From an uncultured delta proteobacterium (GTDB taxonomy: Bacteria; Desulfobacterota; Desulfobacteria; Desulfobacterales; SpSt-501), in the NCBI GenBank assembly GCA_963785045.1, contig CAWAUC010000004.1, positions 52,616-116,615 on the forward strand: DNA of 64,000 nt, read 5' to 3'. The translations under genes were made by a program, and so were the position numbers. Positions 28,996 through 39,413 of this stretch are shown here, one piece after another. A model generated the notes under the pieces. The model had not been told where the DNA came from and ran no database searches. It saw only the letters and a list, made by a program, of their open reading frames with translations. The number at the start of each line of letters is the position of its first letter. Positions within the stretch are counted from its first letter, which is position 1.

Positions 28996-29736
28996 TTACG
29001 GCAGCAGCATCCGCTGGACCTCTGAAGAGTACTCGCCGTCTTGCCCGTAGACAATGAGCGGCGCAGCGATGGTGAGCCCCGGCCGTCCGCCTGCGCAGCC
29101 TTCCACCAGCACCCGCCGGGCATCGGTTTGGGCCGTGGAGTGAACGGGCCTCAACCGCTTCGGTTCGAGGTGCATGCAACGCATGTGGCCGATGAGCTCG
29201 GCGGCGCGCTCGGCCGGGTAGATCGTCACGAAACGGCCACCCGTCTTCAGCAGCCGCCGGGATGCTTGAAGCAAGCCCGGCAGAGTGATCGCAATCTCGT
29301 GCCGGGCGACCGCTCGCTGCCGGTCCGGGTTTAGCCGGCCGGACCGCCCGCGGCGGTAGGGCGGGTTGCTGCAGACCACGTCGACCGGCCCGGCCGACAT
29401 GTCCGGCGTGATGGCGCGTATGTCGGCCTGCAGGATGCGAATCCGATCGGCCATGTGGTTCGCCCGGACGTTGGCGGCCGCCAGGCCCGTCAACTCGGGC
29501 TGGATTTCGACGCCCCACGCACGGATGCGCGGATGCCGAAAGACCAGCATCAAAGGGATGATCCCGCAGCCGGTTCCCAGGTCGACCAGTGTCTGCCCCG
29601 CACGCAGCTGGAAAAAGTGAGCCAGCAGGACCGCATCGATGGAAAACCGGTATCCGAGGCGGCTTTGGGCCACGCGCAGGCGGCCGTCGAAAAAGGTGTC
29701 GTCGGTCAGGGTTTCGATGTCGGAATCCTGCGCCAT
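28996..29736 (-). CDS. SAM-dependent methyltransferase, tRNA1(Val) (adenine37-N6)-methyltransferase TrmN6/YfiC-like
   Basis: LRVAQSRLGYRFSIDAVLLAHF, LVDLGTGCGIIPL, VVCSNPPY (DPPY-type motif IV). Confidence 0.7.
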   Translation of the reverse strand: MAQDSDIETLTDDTFFDGRLRVAQSRLGYRFSIDAVLLAHFFQLRAGQTLVDLGTGCGIIPLMLVFRHPRIRAWGVEIQPELTGLAAANVRANHMADRIRILQADIRAITPDMSAGPVDVVCSNPPYRRGRSGRLNPDRQRAVARHEIAITLPGLLQASRRLLKTGGRFVTIYPAERAAELIGHMRCMHLEPKRLRPVHSTAQTDARRVLVEGCAGGRPGLTIAAPLIVYGQDGEYSSEVQRMLLP

Positions 29737-29821
29737 GGGAATAACCGATGAACTCCTGAGAAGTTAGGCGAAGCGCCGCACGCCGTTGCTGACGGCCTGA
29801 TGCGTGCTTTTGAACACCCGG

Positions 29822-30130
29822 CTACAAGGATCCCACCTTGAATTTGATTTCACTGACCAGCGGCTGGCCCAGTTCGGCGTTTAGGCGGGCAATCAGCTCC
29901 GGTTTCGAAAACTGCAGGTGATGTATCCAGGCGGGGCTGACGACGTGCACCAGCAGGATGGACCCCTTGAAAGCCGCCGGACGGGCGTTGCGAGCAACAT
30001 CTTCGCCGGCGGCGAGGTCCCACACCTTCCAGATGCCCAACATCCCCTGCTCGGCGTCCGGGCGCAAGCCGCCGATCAGTCCTGCGAGAACACTCCCGAT
30101 GTGGGCCGCTTCCTGCCTGTCTTTTTTCAT
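29822..30130 (-). CDS. DUF721 (DciA-like) family protein
   Basis: MKKDRQEAAHIGSVLAGLIG...FKGSILLVHVVSPAWIHHLQFSKPELIARLNAEL matches the DUF721 pattern. RBS GGAGA. Confidence 0.55.
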   Translation of the reverse strand: MKKDRQEAAHIGSVLAGLIGGLRPDAEQGMLGIWKVWDLAAGEDVARNARPAAFKGSILLVHVVSPAWIHHLQFSKPELIARLNAELGQPLVSEIKFKVGSL

Positions 30131-30337
30131 CGGCATCTCCTGCCGGCATTTAGCTTGCAACTCGGTGGGATGTCAAGCAGAACCACTGCGCGGCCGAGCA
30201 GCCGAGCCGGCCGCAGCCGTGCTTTTTGCTTGACTTGTCTGTGGCGGTACCTTAGGGTATGGACTCGTCGGCATGCGCCTGAATTTCGTTGCATCTTCTA
30301 CCGTGATCACCCTTAGGATAAAACCAAGGATCGAACT

Positions 30338-31369
30338 ATGAGTTGGGATTGGGAAAAACTGAAACAACAGCAGAGCAGCCGGGGCGGCATGCCGCCGCAC
30401 GTGGACGACATCGTCCAGGGATTGAAAAAGTTCAAGCTTCCGGGCGGTCCGCTGGCGTTTGGCGTCCTCGCGGCGCTGCTGCTCGCCTTCACTTCGTTCT
30501 ACACGGTGAACCAGGACGAGGTCGGCATCGTGCAGCGCTTCGGTCGATATGTCGAGACCACTCAGCCAGGGCTGAACTTCAAACTGCCGCTGGGCATCGA
30601 TACCGTCACGAAAGTCAACGTCAAGCGGGTTCAGACCGAGGAGTTCGGGTCCTCCGGAGCGGAGGTCGAGTTCCGATCCCGGGCGAAGTCCAGCACAGAC
30701 GCGGGCAGCGCGGCCCTCATGCTGACCGGCGATCTCAACGTGGCCGTCGTCCCGTGGGTCGTGCAGTATCGCGTCAAAGACCCCTACAACTTCCTTTTTA
30801 AGGTTGCTAACGTGCGCCAGCTGCTCAAGGACATGTCCGAGGCCACGATGCGCCTGGTCGTCGGGGACCACAGCATCAACGAGGTTATCAGCAAACGCGG
30901 CGAGATCGCCATCGAAGCGAAGGAAAACCTCCAGAAAGAACTTGATCAGGCCGAAACCGGAATTCATATCGTCACGATCGAGATGAAGAAGACCAACGTG
31001 CCGCCGTCGGTCCAGCCCTCCTTCAACGAGGTCAACCAGGCCACGCAGGAAAAGGAGCAGATGATTTACCAAGCCAACGAAGAGTACAACAAGGTCATTC
31101 CCACCGCGCGCGGCCAAGCCGACCGCACGATCCGGGAGGCGGAAGGCTACGCCCTGAATCGGGTCAATCGCGCCAAGGGGGATGCCGCGCGCTTCCGGGA
31201 TATCTACGAGGAATACCGCAAAGCCAAGGATGTCACCAAGCGGCGGCTTTACCTGGAAAACATGCGCAGCGTGCTTCAGAAGATGGGACCCAAGTACATC
31301 GTGGACCCAGATCAGAAGGCGGCGCTGCCGTTGCTCAACCTCATCAATCCGGCGGGTAAAGAAAAATGA
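30338..31369 (+). CDS. hflK: FtsH protease modulator HflK (SPFH/band-7)
   Basis: N-terminal TM helix, then VNQDEVGIVQRFGRYVETTQPGLNFKLPLGIDTV and an SPFH domain. Confidence 0.85.
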   Translation: MSWDWEKLKQQQSSRGGMPPHVDDIVQGLKKFKLPGGPLAFGVLAALLLAFTSFYTVNQDEVGIVQRFGRYVETTQPGLNFKLPLGIDTVTKVNVKRVQTEEFGSSGAEVEFRSRAKSSTDAGSAALMLTGDLNVAVVPWVVQYRVKDPYNFLFKVANVRQLLKDMSEATMRLVVGDHSINEVISKRGEIAIEAKENLQKELDQAETGIHIVTIEMKKTNVPPSVQPSFNEVNQATQEKEQMIYQANEEYNKVIPTARGQADRTIREAEGYALNRVNRAKGDAARFRDIYEEYRKAKDVTKRRLYLENMRSVLQKMGPKYIVDPDQKAALPLLNLINPAGKEK

Positions 31370-32312
31370 AACTCAAGGGGCGTCTGGATCATCCTGCTCA
31401 TCGCGGCGACTGTCATGGTGTACGACTCGGCCTTCACCGTCAATGAGACCGAACAGGTGGTGATCACCCAGTTCGGGCGGATTGTCGGTGAGGCCATCCG
31501 GGACCCGGGGCTGAAGTTCAAGTTGCCTTTCATTCAGCAGGCGCACTTCTTTAACAAAAACATTCTGGAATGGGACGGAGAGCCGGGGCAGATTCCGACC
31601 CTCGACAAAACGTTCATTTGGGTGGACGCGTTCGCCCGCTGGCGGATCGTCCGACCCGATCAAGTTCTTCCAAACCGTCAACAACCAGTTGAATGCCGTC
31701 AGCCGGCTGAACGACATCATCGACCCGGCCGTGCGCAACTTCATCACCTCGAATAAGCTGATCGATGCGGTGCGAAATTCCAACCGGGAGTTGGACACCG
31801 CAGAGGTCGGATTGGAAGATCTCGAGAAGAAGCCCCAGAGCCATTACGCCATCACCATCGGCCGGGAGAAGATCACCCGCGGGATCCTCAAGCAGGCGCA
31901 GCCGAAACTCGATCAGTTCGGGATCGAACTGGTGGACGTCAAAATCAAGGGCATCAATTACGTGGAAGAAGTGCGGAAATCGGTTTACGACCGGATGATC
32001 GCCGAACGCAAGCAGATCGCGGAGAAATTTCGCTCGGAGGGCAAGGGCGAGGCGCAGAAGGTGCTCGGTCAGAAGGACAAAGAGCTGCAGCAGATCACCT
32101 CTGAGGCCTATCGCGTCGCCCAAGAGCTCAAGGGCAAGGCCGACGCCGAGGCGACCCAGATCTATGCCGCCGCCTATGGGCTCGACCCGGAATTCTACTC
32201 GTTCCTGCAGACCCTCAACGTCTACAACGATTCCCTCGACAAGAGCAGCTCCGTTCTGCTGTCGACGGATTCCGAGCTCATGAAGTACTTCAAGGGATTC
32301 CCTTCAAACTAG
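31366..32312 (+). CDS. hflC: FtsH protease modulator HflC (SPFH/band-7), interrupted by two 1-nt insertions in G/C runs
   Basis: Stop/start overlap ATGA with hflK. MKLKG then +1 shift (GGGG run) to VWIILLIAATVMVYDSAFTVNETEQ. Second shift at GTCCGACCC restores ...WRIVDPIKFFQTVNNQLNAVSRLNDIIDPAVRN. Confidence 0.75.
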
Positions 32313-32464
32313 AAGTGGCTTCATACCCTCGGATCACGCCCGAGGGCAAAGCGCAGGCCGATCCGAAAGCGCAGCAACCAGGTTAGGTTGTGAGCATTGC
32401 GAGAGGCCTGCAATCCCGCCGTGGCGGGACCACCGGGTGTCGGACGGGGTTATGAAACCACTTC
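32313..32464. repeat. Intergenic repeat family 1, copy A (~150 bp, terminal inverted repeats GAAGTGGYTTCAYAACC / GGTTRTGAAACCACTTC)
   Basis: Starts 1 nt after the hflC stop. Near-identical to the copies at 32846 and 61556. Confidence 0.7.
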
Positions 32465-32845
32465 TATCCCAAAACAGCACCGGCAGCATGTAGCTGCCGG
32501 TGCCGGTTCGCATCGCTTTAAAAGCCGAGGGGGCTATCTGCTTCTTCTCTGATGGCGCGTCTTGGCCAATAGCTTCTTATGCTTGTGCTTGCGCATCTTC
32601 TTGCGCCGTTTTTTGATCACACTGCCCAATGAATCACCCCCCCTCATGGGAACCCACATGGTTTTATGCGCGAATTTTGCATTTAACACAAGGAAAGCCG
32701 TCTTGTCCATGCTTTTTTCCTCGCAGGCGCCTCCGACCGTAAACTTCAGCCGCCGTCTTACGCTGTCTGCCTCCTGCGCCGGCCGTGCGCATATGAAACG
32801 AGGCGCTTGGAATCCGTCTGCCTTATGTGATATGATTGAATGTCA

Positions 32846-32997
32846 GAAGTGGTTTCACAACCTCGGATCACGGCCGAGGGCAAGGCGCAGGCCGATTCGA
32901 AAGCGCAGCAACCATGGCAGGTTGTGAGCATTTCGAGAGGCCTGCAATCCCGCCGTGGCGGGACCATCGGGCGTCAGACGGGGTTGTGAAACCACTT
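32846..32997. repeat. Intergenic repeat family 1, copy B
   Basis: About 90% identical to copy A; same terminal inverted repeats. Confidence 0.7.
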
Positions 32998-33114
32998 ATA
33001 GCCACTTCATGTGGCTCACGTGGCACTATCGGCGCGGCCGCGGACCGGCCCCGTCCGTTTCAGCTTTTTAATTTATGTTCAGCGACAGCGCGCCGGACGC
33101 GGGAGCAGTGTCTC

Positions 33115-33630
33115 ATGGAAAACCCCAACACCATCCTCATCGTCAGCATTGCTGCAGGCGGGGGGGCTGTTTTTGTCGGAATCGTGCTGTTTTTGTTCAT
33201 CCGCTTCTACTTCAAAAAACGCGTAAAACCAAGCATCTCTGCGAAGGGGACTCCCGCATCCGCGTTGCGCATCAACTGGGAAGAAAAGCGCACTGAGCCG
33301 CGTCTGGCCGTCTCCTGGAACGCTTCCTTCGCAGCCCCTCACGGCCCGGGGCACGTACAACTGAAGGACATCAGCCGGGGAGGCGCGTTCGTGGTATGCC
33401 CCGCCCCCTTGCCGCTTTCCGAACGTTTCCAGATCGTGGTCGACCTGCCGGACGGCACCCCCCTCACTCTGAATGCCGAAGTGGTTTGGTCCAATGCGAA
33501 CGTCCCCGCCGACATGGTCGTCAACCGCGGCATGGGCGTTCGATTCGTTGACAACGACGCCTCCAAGCGCCAACTTTTGACGGATGCTATTTCCTCTCTG
33601 GTGGCGGCACCGCAACCACCGGCCGGATAA
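33115..33630 (+). CDS. PilZ-domain protein with N-terminal TM helix (c-di-GMP-binding candidate)
   Basis: EEKRTEPRLAV (RxxxR) and DISRGGAFV (D/NxSxxG) PilZ signatures after a TM segment. Confidence 0.6.
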   Translation: MENPNTILIVSIAAGGGAVFVGIVLFLFIRFYFKKRVKPSISAKGTPASALRINWEEKRTEPRLAVSWNASFAAPHGPGHVQLKDISRGGAFVVCPAPLPLSERFQIVVDLPDGTPLTLNAEVVWSNANVPADMVVNRGMGVRFVDNDASKRQLLTDAISSLVAAPQPPAG

Positions 33631-33660
33631 AGTGCCGCCGCCGAAAGACAAGGACGTGGC

Positions 33661-34218
33661 TTGAGCGTTCACGACATGCAGACCAAGACGACATTTAATG
33701 CCCAGCAGCTGTCCATCGTCACTCATGCCGCGGGGATGGCCGAGGAACTCGTCAGCAATCACTTCAAGATGTCTGCCAGCCAATGGCTGCGGCCCAAGTA
33801 CGATGTCAAAACCCTTGCGGAACTCGACCCGTCGGAAATCGTCGAAGGCCCATTTGCCCAGATCATGCGCTACAAGGGCCAGCCTAAACGGGCGAGTTTG
33901 GGCTCGGCCACCTATGATCTATACAAGATTTGCCTGCAGGACGACGCGATCCTGATGGCGCTGGACCGTCATCCAGAGCTGGGGATGCTCCCCTTTGCGT
34001 TGTACATCATCACTCACGAGTTGATCCACATCGTGCGGTTCAGCAAGTTTCTGCAAGGATTTGACGCATCGGCCGAGGAACGCCTGGCGGAAGAAATGCG
34101 GGTGCACGAGCGGACCCATGAAATCCTGAGCACGGTGAGGCTGACGGGACTCGCGACGGTGCTCGAATTCTACAAAGACTGGCGGACGGTATGCGAAAAA
34201 ATCGATTACAATCCTTGA
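33661..34218 (+). CDS. Hypothetical protein with HExxH motif (YIITHELIHIVRF)
   Basis: 185 aa; a possible zinc-metallopeptidase-like motif. No other recognisable domain. Confidence 0.45.
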   Translation: MSVHDMQTKTTFNAQQLSIVTHAAGMAEELVSNHFKMSASQWLRPKYDVKTLAELDPSEIVEGPFAQIMRYKGQPKRASLGSATYDLYKICLQDDAILMALDRHPELGMLPFALYIITHELIHIVRFSKFLQGFDASAEERLAEEMRVHERTHEILSTVRLTGLATVLEFYKDWRTVCEKIDYNP

Positions 34219-34281
34219 CAAAAAGTTCCTAGTAGGTATATTTAGGCAGTCTTGGATGAATGCCCCAGGAGGTCAGAGCGT

Positions 34282-34563
34282 ATGCCGATTTATGAATATG
34301 AGTGCACCAAGTGCGGCCAGGTTGAAGAAGCCTTTCAACGATTTTCCGACAAGCCACTCACGAAGTGCAGCCACTGCTCCGGAAAGCTTCAACGACTCAT
34401 TTCCCACAGTTCGTTCCACCTGAAAGGGTCCGGGTGGTATGTGACCGACTACGCTAACAAATCTAGCCCCAGCTCTTCCAAGCCCAAAAAAACAGAATCG
34501 AAACCCGCTGAATCCACCGTTGCCGCAACCAACACGGCAAGCTCATCCGATTCCGCATCCTGA
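34282..34563 (+). CDS. FmdB-family zinc-ribbon regulatory protein
   Basis: MPIYEYECTKCGQVEEAFQRFSDKPLTKCSHCSG, then a low-complexity Ser/Pro/Lys tail. RBS AGGAGG 10 nt upstream. Confidence 0.6.
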   Translation: MPIYEYECTKCGQVEEAFQRFSDKPLTKCSHCSGKLQRLISHSSFHLKGSGWYVTDYANKSSPSSSKPKKTESKPAESTVAATNTASSSDSAS

Positions 34564-34806
34564 TCTCAACGACACCCTAATTCGCTGAACCGCGAACCCG
34601 GTCAGGCCGTACGGCAGGGATTCCGTACCGACCCGTCTAGATAGCAACCGGTTCGCTCCGCGGGTTGGTGGAGCGCTCTACCACGCGGTCTCCGGATAAC
34701 AAGCAGCTTCAGCCGGATAAATTGGGGCATGTTGATCGAGGATGCCTTTACAAAGCCAAATGCGTGATTAGGTTACACGAAAATTATGAACACATTCTTT
34801 TCTGAA

Positions 34807-34823
34807 ATGGTGATGATCACCAT
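34807..34823. promoter_or_regulatory. Perfect 17-bp palindrome ATGGTGATGATCACCAT about 145 bp upstream of groES (candidate operator)
   Basis: Read directly from the sequence. No CIRCE (TTAGCACTC-N9-GAGTGCTAA) is present upstream of groES. Confidence 0.3.
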
Positions 34824-34965
34824 CAAAACCCGATTCTTCTAATGGAAGGGAGGTGTCAGCGGAGCCGTAGAAAATGACTGTATTCATGACCGCGGTAAAA
34901 CCATCCTGAACAGTTTGAGACCATTCGCGAACCAACAAAGTTAGAAATCAAGGAGTGTGCGAAAG

Positions 34966-35253
34966 ATGAAATTAAAACCATTACACGATCGGATCCTGAT
35001 CCAAAGGATTGAGGAAGAGAAAACCACGAAGGGGGGCATCATCATCCCGGACACCGCCAAGGAAAAACCGGCTGAGGGCAAGGTGGTGGCCGTCGGCAAC
35101 GGCAAGCTCGATGAGAGCGGCAAGCGCGTAGCGCTTGACGTCAAGAAGGGCGATCGAATTCTGTTTGGAAAATATTCCGGCACTGAAGTCAAGATCGAGG
35201 GTGATGAGTACCTCATCCTGCGCGAAGACGACGTGCTCGGCATCATCGAATAA
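34966..35253 (+). CDS. groES: Co-chaperonin GroES
   Basis: [14 protein letters not shown]...GKVVAVGNG...[21 protein letters not shown]. The ORF-track start is an upstream GTG. Confidence 0.9.
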   Translation: MKLKPLHDRILIQRIEEEKTTKGGIIIPDTAKEKPAEGKVVAVGNGKLDESGKRVALDVKKGDRILFGKYSGTEVKIEGDEYLILREDDVLGIIE

Positions 35254-36939
<1,686 letters not shown>

Positions 36940-36973
36940 TCGTCCGATCCACCTGATGCCCTGGTTGTTCGAA

Positions 36974-37008
36974 GCCCCTGAGGCGCAGTGCGCCCAGGGG
37001 CTTTTTTG
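36974..37008 (+). terminator. Rho-independent terminator after groEL
   Basis: GCCCCTG-AGGCGCAGTGCGCC-CAGGGGC followed by TTTTTTG. Confidence 0.6.
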
Positions 37009-37094
37009 CGCCCCACCGCCTTGCCTTTTGGCCTGTATTCGGATAGAATAAGGGAAAGAAAATTGAAACTCATCCTATCCAAACGGAGCCTTCC

Positions 37095-38186
37095 ATGATT
37101 CGAAAATCAGCTCTTCAACGCATTCTCATTTCTTCGGTCATCTACGGAGCCGCCCTGGCCGCGTTTGGCATCAGCCGGGCGGCCGACCAGGCGGTTACCG
37201 GGCAGGTGGCCCAACGGGAGGTTGCGGCCGAAATGCAAGGGGGACACGGACCCAACCCCGGGGCTGAGACCAAGGACGGTTACTACTACACCGTTCAGAA
37301 AGGCGACACCCTTTGGGACCTCTCCCGGCGCTTCGCCGACAGCCCCTGGGTGTGGCCGGAATTGTGGACCGAAAATTCCACCGTCATCGCCAACCCGCAC
37401 CTCATCTACCCGGGGCAAAAAATCCGCCTGACGCGAAATAAAAGGGTCGCCCCGCAGATGCCGGCCGGAGGCGACAAGCAACTTCAGGCTCATGTTCATT
37501 TCTACTATTCGCCGATCAACCAGGTCGGGTTCATCCGGCGGGTGCCCGTAGCGCCCCAGGGAGTGATTTTCCAAAAGCCCGTCAAAGGCACGACGATGAT
37601 CTCCGAGGGGAACATTGTTTATATCAAGCCCGAGGGCAATGCGGCGCTCGAACCCGGCAGTCTTTTCACCGTCTACCGGACCTTCGACCCCCTCTATGAA
37701 AAAAACGCCAAGCAACTTATCGGCACCCAGCACCTGCTGGTCGGCCTCTTGCAAGTCATCGTGCGCCAACCGGAGTACGCCATCGGCAAGGTGCTAAAGA
37801 GCTACCGTCCGATCCTGCTCTCCGACAAACTGATGCCTTACACCCGCCGCGATTCTCGCATCCTCTTAGAGAATAGCCAGGAGGGAATCGATGGGACGAT
37901 CATGATGTCCGAAGAGCACCGGAACATGTTCGCCGAGTCCAACACAGCCTTCATCGACCGGGGCAGGATTCACGGCATCAAGGAGGGCCAGATCTACAGC
38001 GTATACTACCGCGACGTAAACAAGGTTGGTCCTGACAAATCCTCCCCGACCGTAGCCATTCCGGTGAACTATGGCGAACTGATCGTGCTCCACGTAGAGG
38101 ACGCCAATTCAACCGTTCTGATCACGGATACCGACAAGGAGTTGTTTGACGGAGCGCTCATACGCACCCCGCTGCCTGTCCCTTGA
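37095..38186 (+). CDS. LysM-domain peptidoglycan-binding secreted protein
   Basis: Signal peptide. LysM YYTVQKGDTLWDLSRRFADSPWVWPELW...IYPGQKIRL. Confidence 0.7.
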   Translation: MIRKSALQRILISSVIYGAALAAFGISRAADQAVTGQVAQREVAAEMQGGHGPNPGAETKDGYYYTVQKGDTLWDLSRRFADSPWVWPELWTENSTVIANPHLIYPGQKIRLTRNKRVAPQMPAGGDKQLQAHVHFYYSPINQVGFIRRVPVAPQGVIFQKPVKGTTMISEGNIVYIKPEGNAALEPGSLFTVYRTFDPLYEKNAKQLIGTQHLLVGLLQVIVRQPEYAIGKVLKSYRPILLSDKLMPYTRRDSRILLENSQEGIDGTIMMSEEHRNMFAESNTAFIDRGRIHGIKEGQIYSVYYRDVNKVGPDKSSPTVAIPVNYGELIVLHVEDANSTVLITDTDKELFDGALIRTPLPVP

Positions 38187-38213
38187 CATCCCCCGCTTCC
38201 ACTTGCGGTCGAA

Positions 38214-38244
38214 AGCGCGCCCTGCCTCAGGGCGCGCTTTTCTT
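38214..38244 (+). terminator. Rho-independent terminator after the LysM gene
   Basis: AGCGCGCCCTG-CCTC-AGGGCGCGCT followed by TTTCTT. Confidence 0.55.
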
Positions 38245-38385
38245 ATGGCATCAGCCCAACCCGGACAAATTTCACGAGCCGCGGTGGCTGCAGCCGCAAG
38301 GCGTCGGGCCATGAAGCGTTACTATGGTAGAATAAATGCCCTGCAACGCTGCAGATGCAGCCCGATCGACTCGCCTTGAATACAC

Positions 38386-38458
38386 ACGGATGTGGTGAGC
38401 ATTGCGAGAGGCCGGCAAGGCCGCCATCGGGTGTCAAACGGGGTGGTTAAACCACTTC
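38386..38458. repeat. Intergenic repeat family 1, partial copy C (right half only)
   Basis: GTGAGCATTGCGAGAGGCCGGCAAGGCCGCCATCGGGTGTCAAACGGGGTGGTTAAACCACTTC matches the right half of copy D. Confidence 0.55.
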
Positions 38459-38567
38459 TACGAAAGCTGCACAATGCCGGATCACAGCGCGAGGTGCGGT
38501 TCCCCCCCCCTGACAATTGAAGATTCCCTGCAGCAAGCTGAAAGGAATCTTCAACCGTAAGGACGTT

Positions 38568-38719
38568 TAACAGGGTGTCGAAAAACAAGTATCAGGCTGT
38601 CAGCCAAGGCGTGCGGCGTTTTGGAAAGCGCAGCATATTCGGTCATATGTGAGCATTTACAAAATCCGCACAACGCAGGATCACGGCCTGAGACGTCGTT
38701 TTTCAACACCCTGTTAATC
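38568..38719. repeat. Intergenic repeat family 2, copy 1 (~150 bp, ~35-bp terminal inverted repeats TAACAGGGTGTYGAAAAAC...)
   Basis: Ends TAACAGGGTGTCGAAAAACAAGTATCAGGCTGTCAGCC / GGATCACGGCCTGAGACGTCGTTTTTCAACACCCTGTTAATC are inverted complements. The interior shares GTGAGCATTT and GGATCACGGCC with family 1. Confidence 0.6.
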
Positions 38720-38902
38720 GAATTTGGATATTCGCTCGCCACTCCGGAATCAAGCTGCGGGGAATGCGGTCGAGGTTGCGGTTCAAGGCGCGCTCCCCGC
38801 TTGAGAGAAGCGCGCCTTGGGTTCATCACAGAGAGTGAATTTTTCTGGAGCTCATCAAATCCCCACCCTTCGGGTGCCGATTCTTTACCATAGGCGGCAG
38901 CG

Positions 38903-39394
38903 TTAGTTGCTGCCGGCCGCCGCCGGCTGGCGGCCAGCCCTGCGGGCTTTCACCTTGCTTTCTGCGACCGGCTTGTAGCTAAATTTTTCATCCTGCGGTT
39001 TATTGATTCTCTGCACCACAAAGGCGCCCACATATCCGTCGGGGTGGAGCACCCCTTTGACCCACACGTACTGGCCGACAGCGAAGGCGCTCGGTGATTC
39101 CGGTTTGCCATCCAGCGTGAGGAAGTCGGTCTTGATCGGTTCTGCCCCGCCGACCACATCCAGCATGCGAATCTCCTTTTCGGCCACCACGATCGTCCCT
39201 TTTTCAAGATCCCGGTCCATGATTTGCGCGCGGACCTCGTAGGGCACGCATGCATTGAAGTCAATCGAGGTCACCCGAGGTGCCAGAGCCTTGCTATCAT
39301 TGCCGGCGGCATCAACCGGGGCCAGCCCCAAACCGACGGCCGCCAGCGCCAGAACAATCCCGGCAACGCAACGCCTTATGCTTCCAACGTCCAT
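38903..39394 (-). CDS. Hypothetical secreted protein (163 aa), last gene of the minor-pilin/pilY1 operon
   Basis: Signal peptide MDVGSIRRCVAGIVLALAAVGLGLAPVDAAG. No recognisable domain. Confidence 0.45.
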   Translation of the reverse strand: MDVGSIRRCVAGIVLALAAVGLGLAPVDAAGNDSKALAPRVTSIDFNACVPYEVRAQIMDRDLEKGTIVVAEKEIRMLDVVGGAEPIKTDFLTLDGKPESPSAFAVGQYVWVKGVLHPDGYVGAFVVQRINKPQDEKFSYKPVAESKVKARRAGRQPAAAGSN

Positions 39395-39413
39395 GGTGGA
39401 CCCTCCTTTAAGT

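Noticed and set aside
32758-32967. ORFs reading through repeat copies (also 61243..61722 and 61549..61752) that share peptides such as CCAFESACALPS
   Set aside because: The shared peptide simply reflects translation of the repeated DNA. The repeats are intergenic and palindromic, not coding.
34570-34965. CIRCE/HrcA operator or sigma-32 promoter upstream of groES
   Set aside because: I searched for TTAGCACTC-N9-GAGTGCTAA and CTTGAAA..CCCCAT and found neither. Only the 17-bp palindrome was reported.
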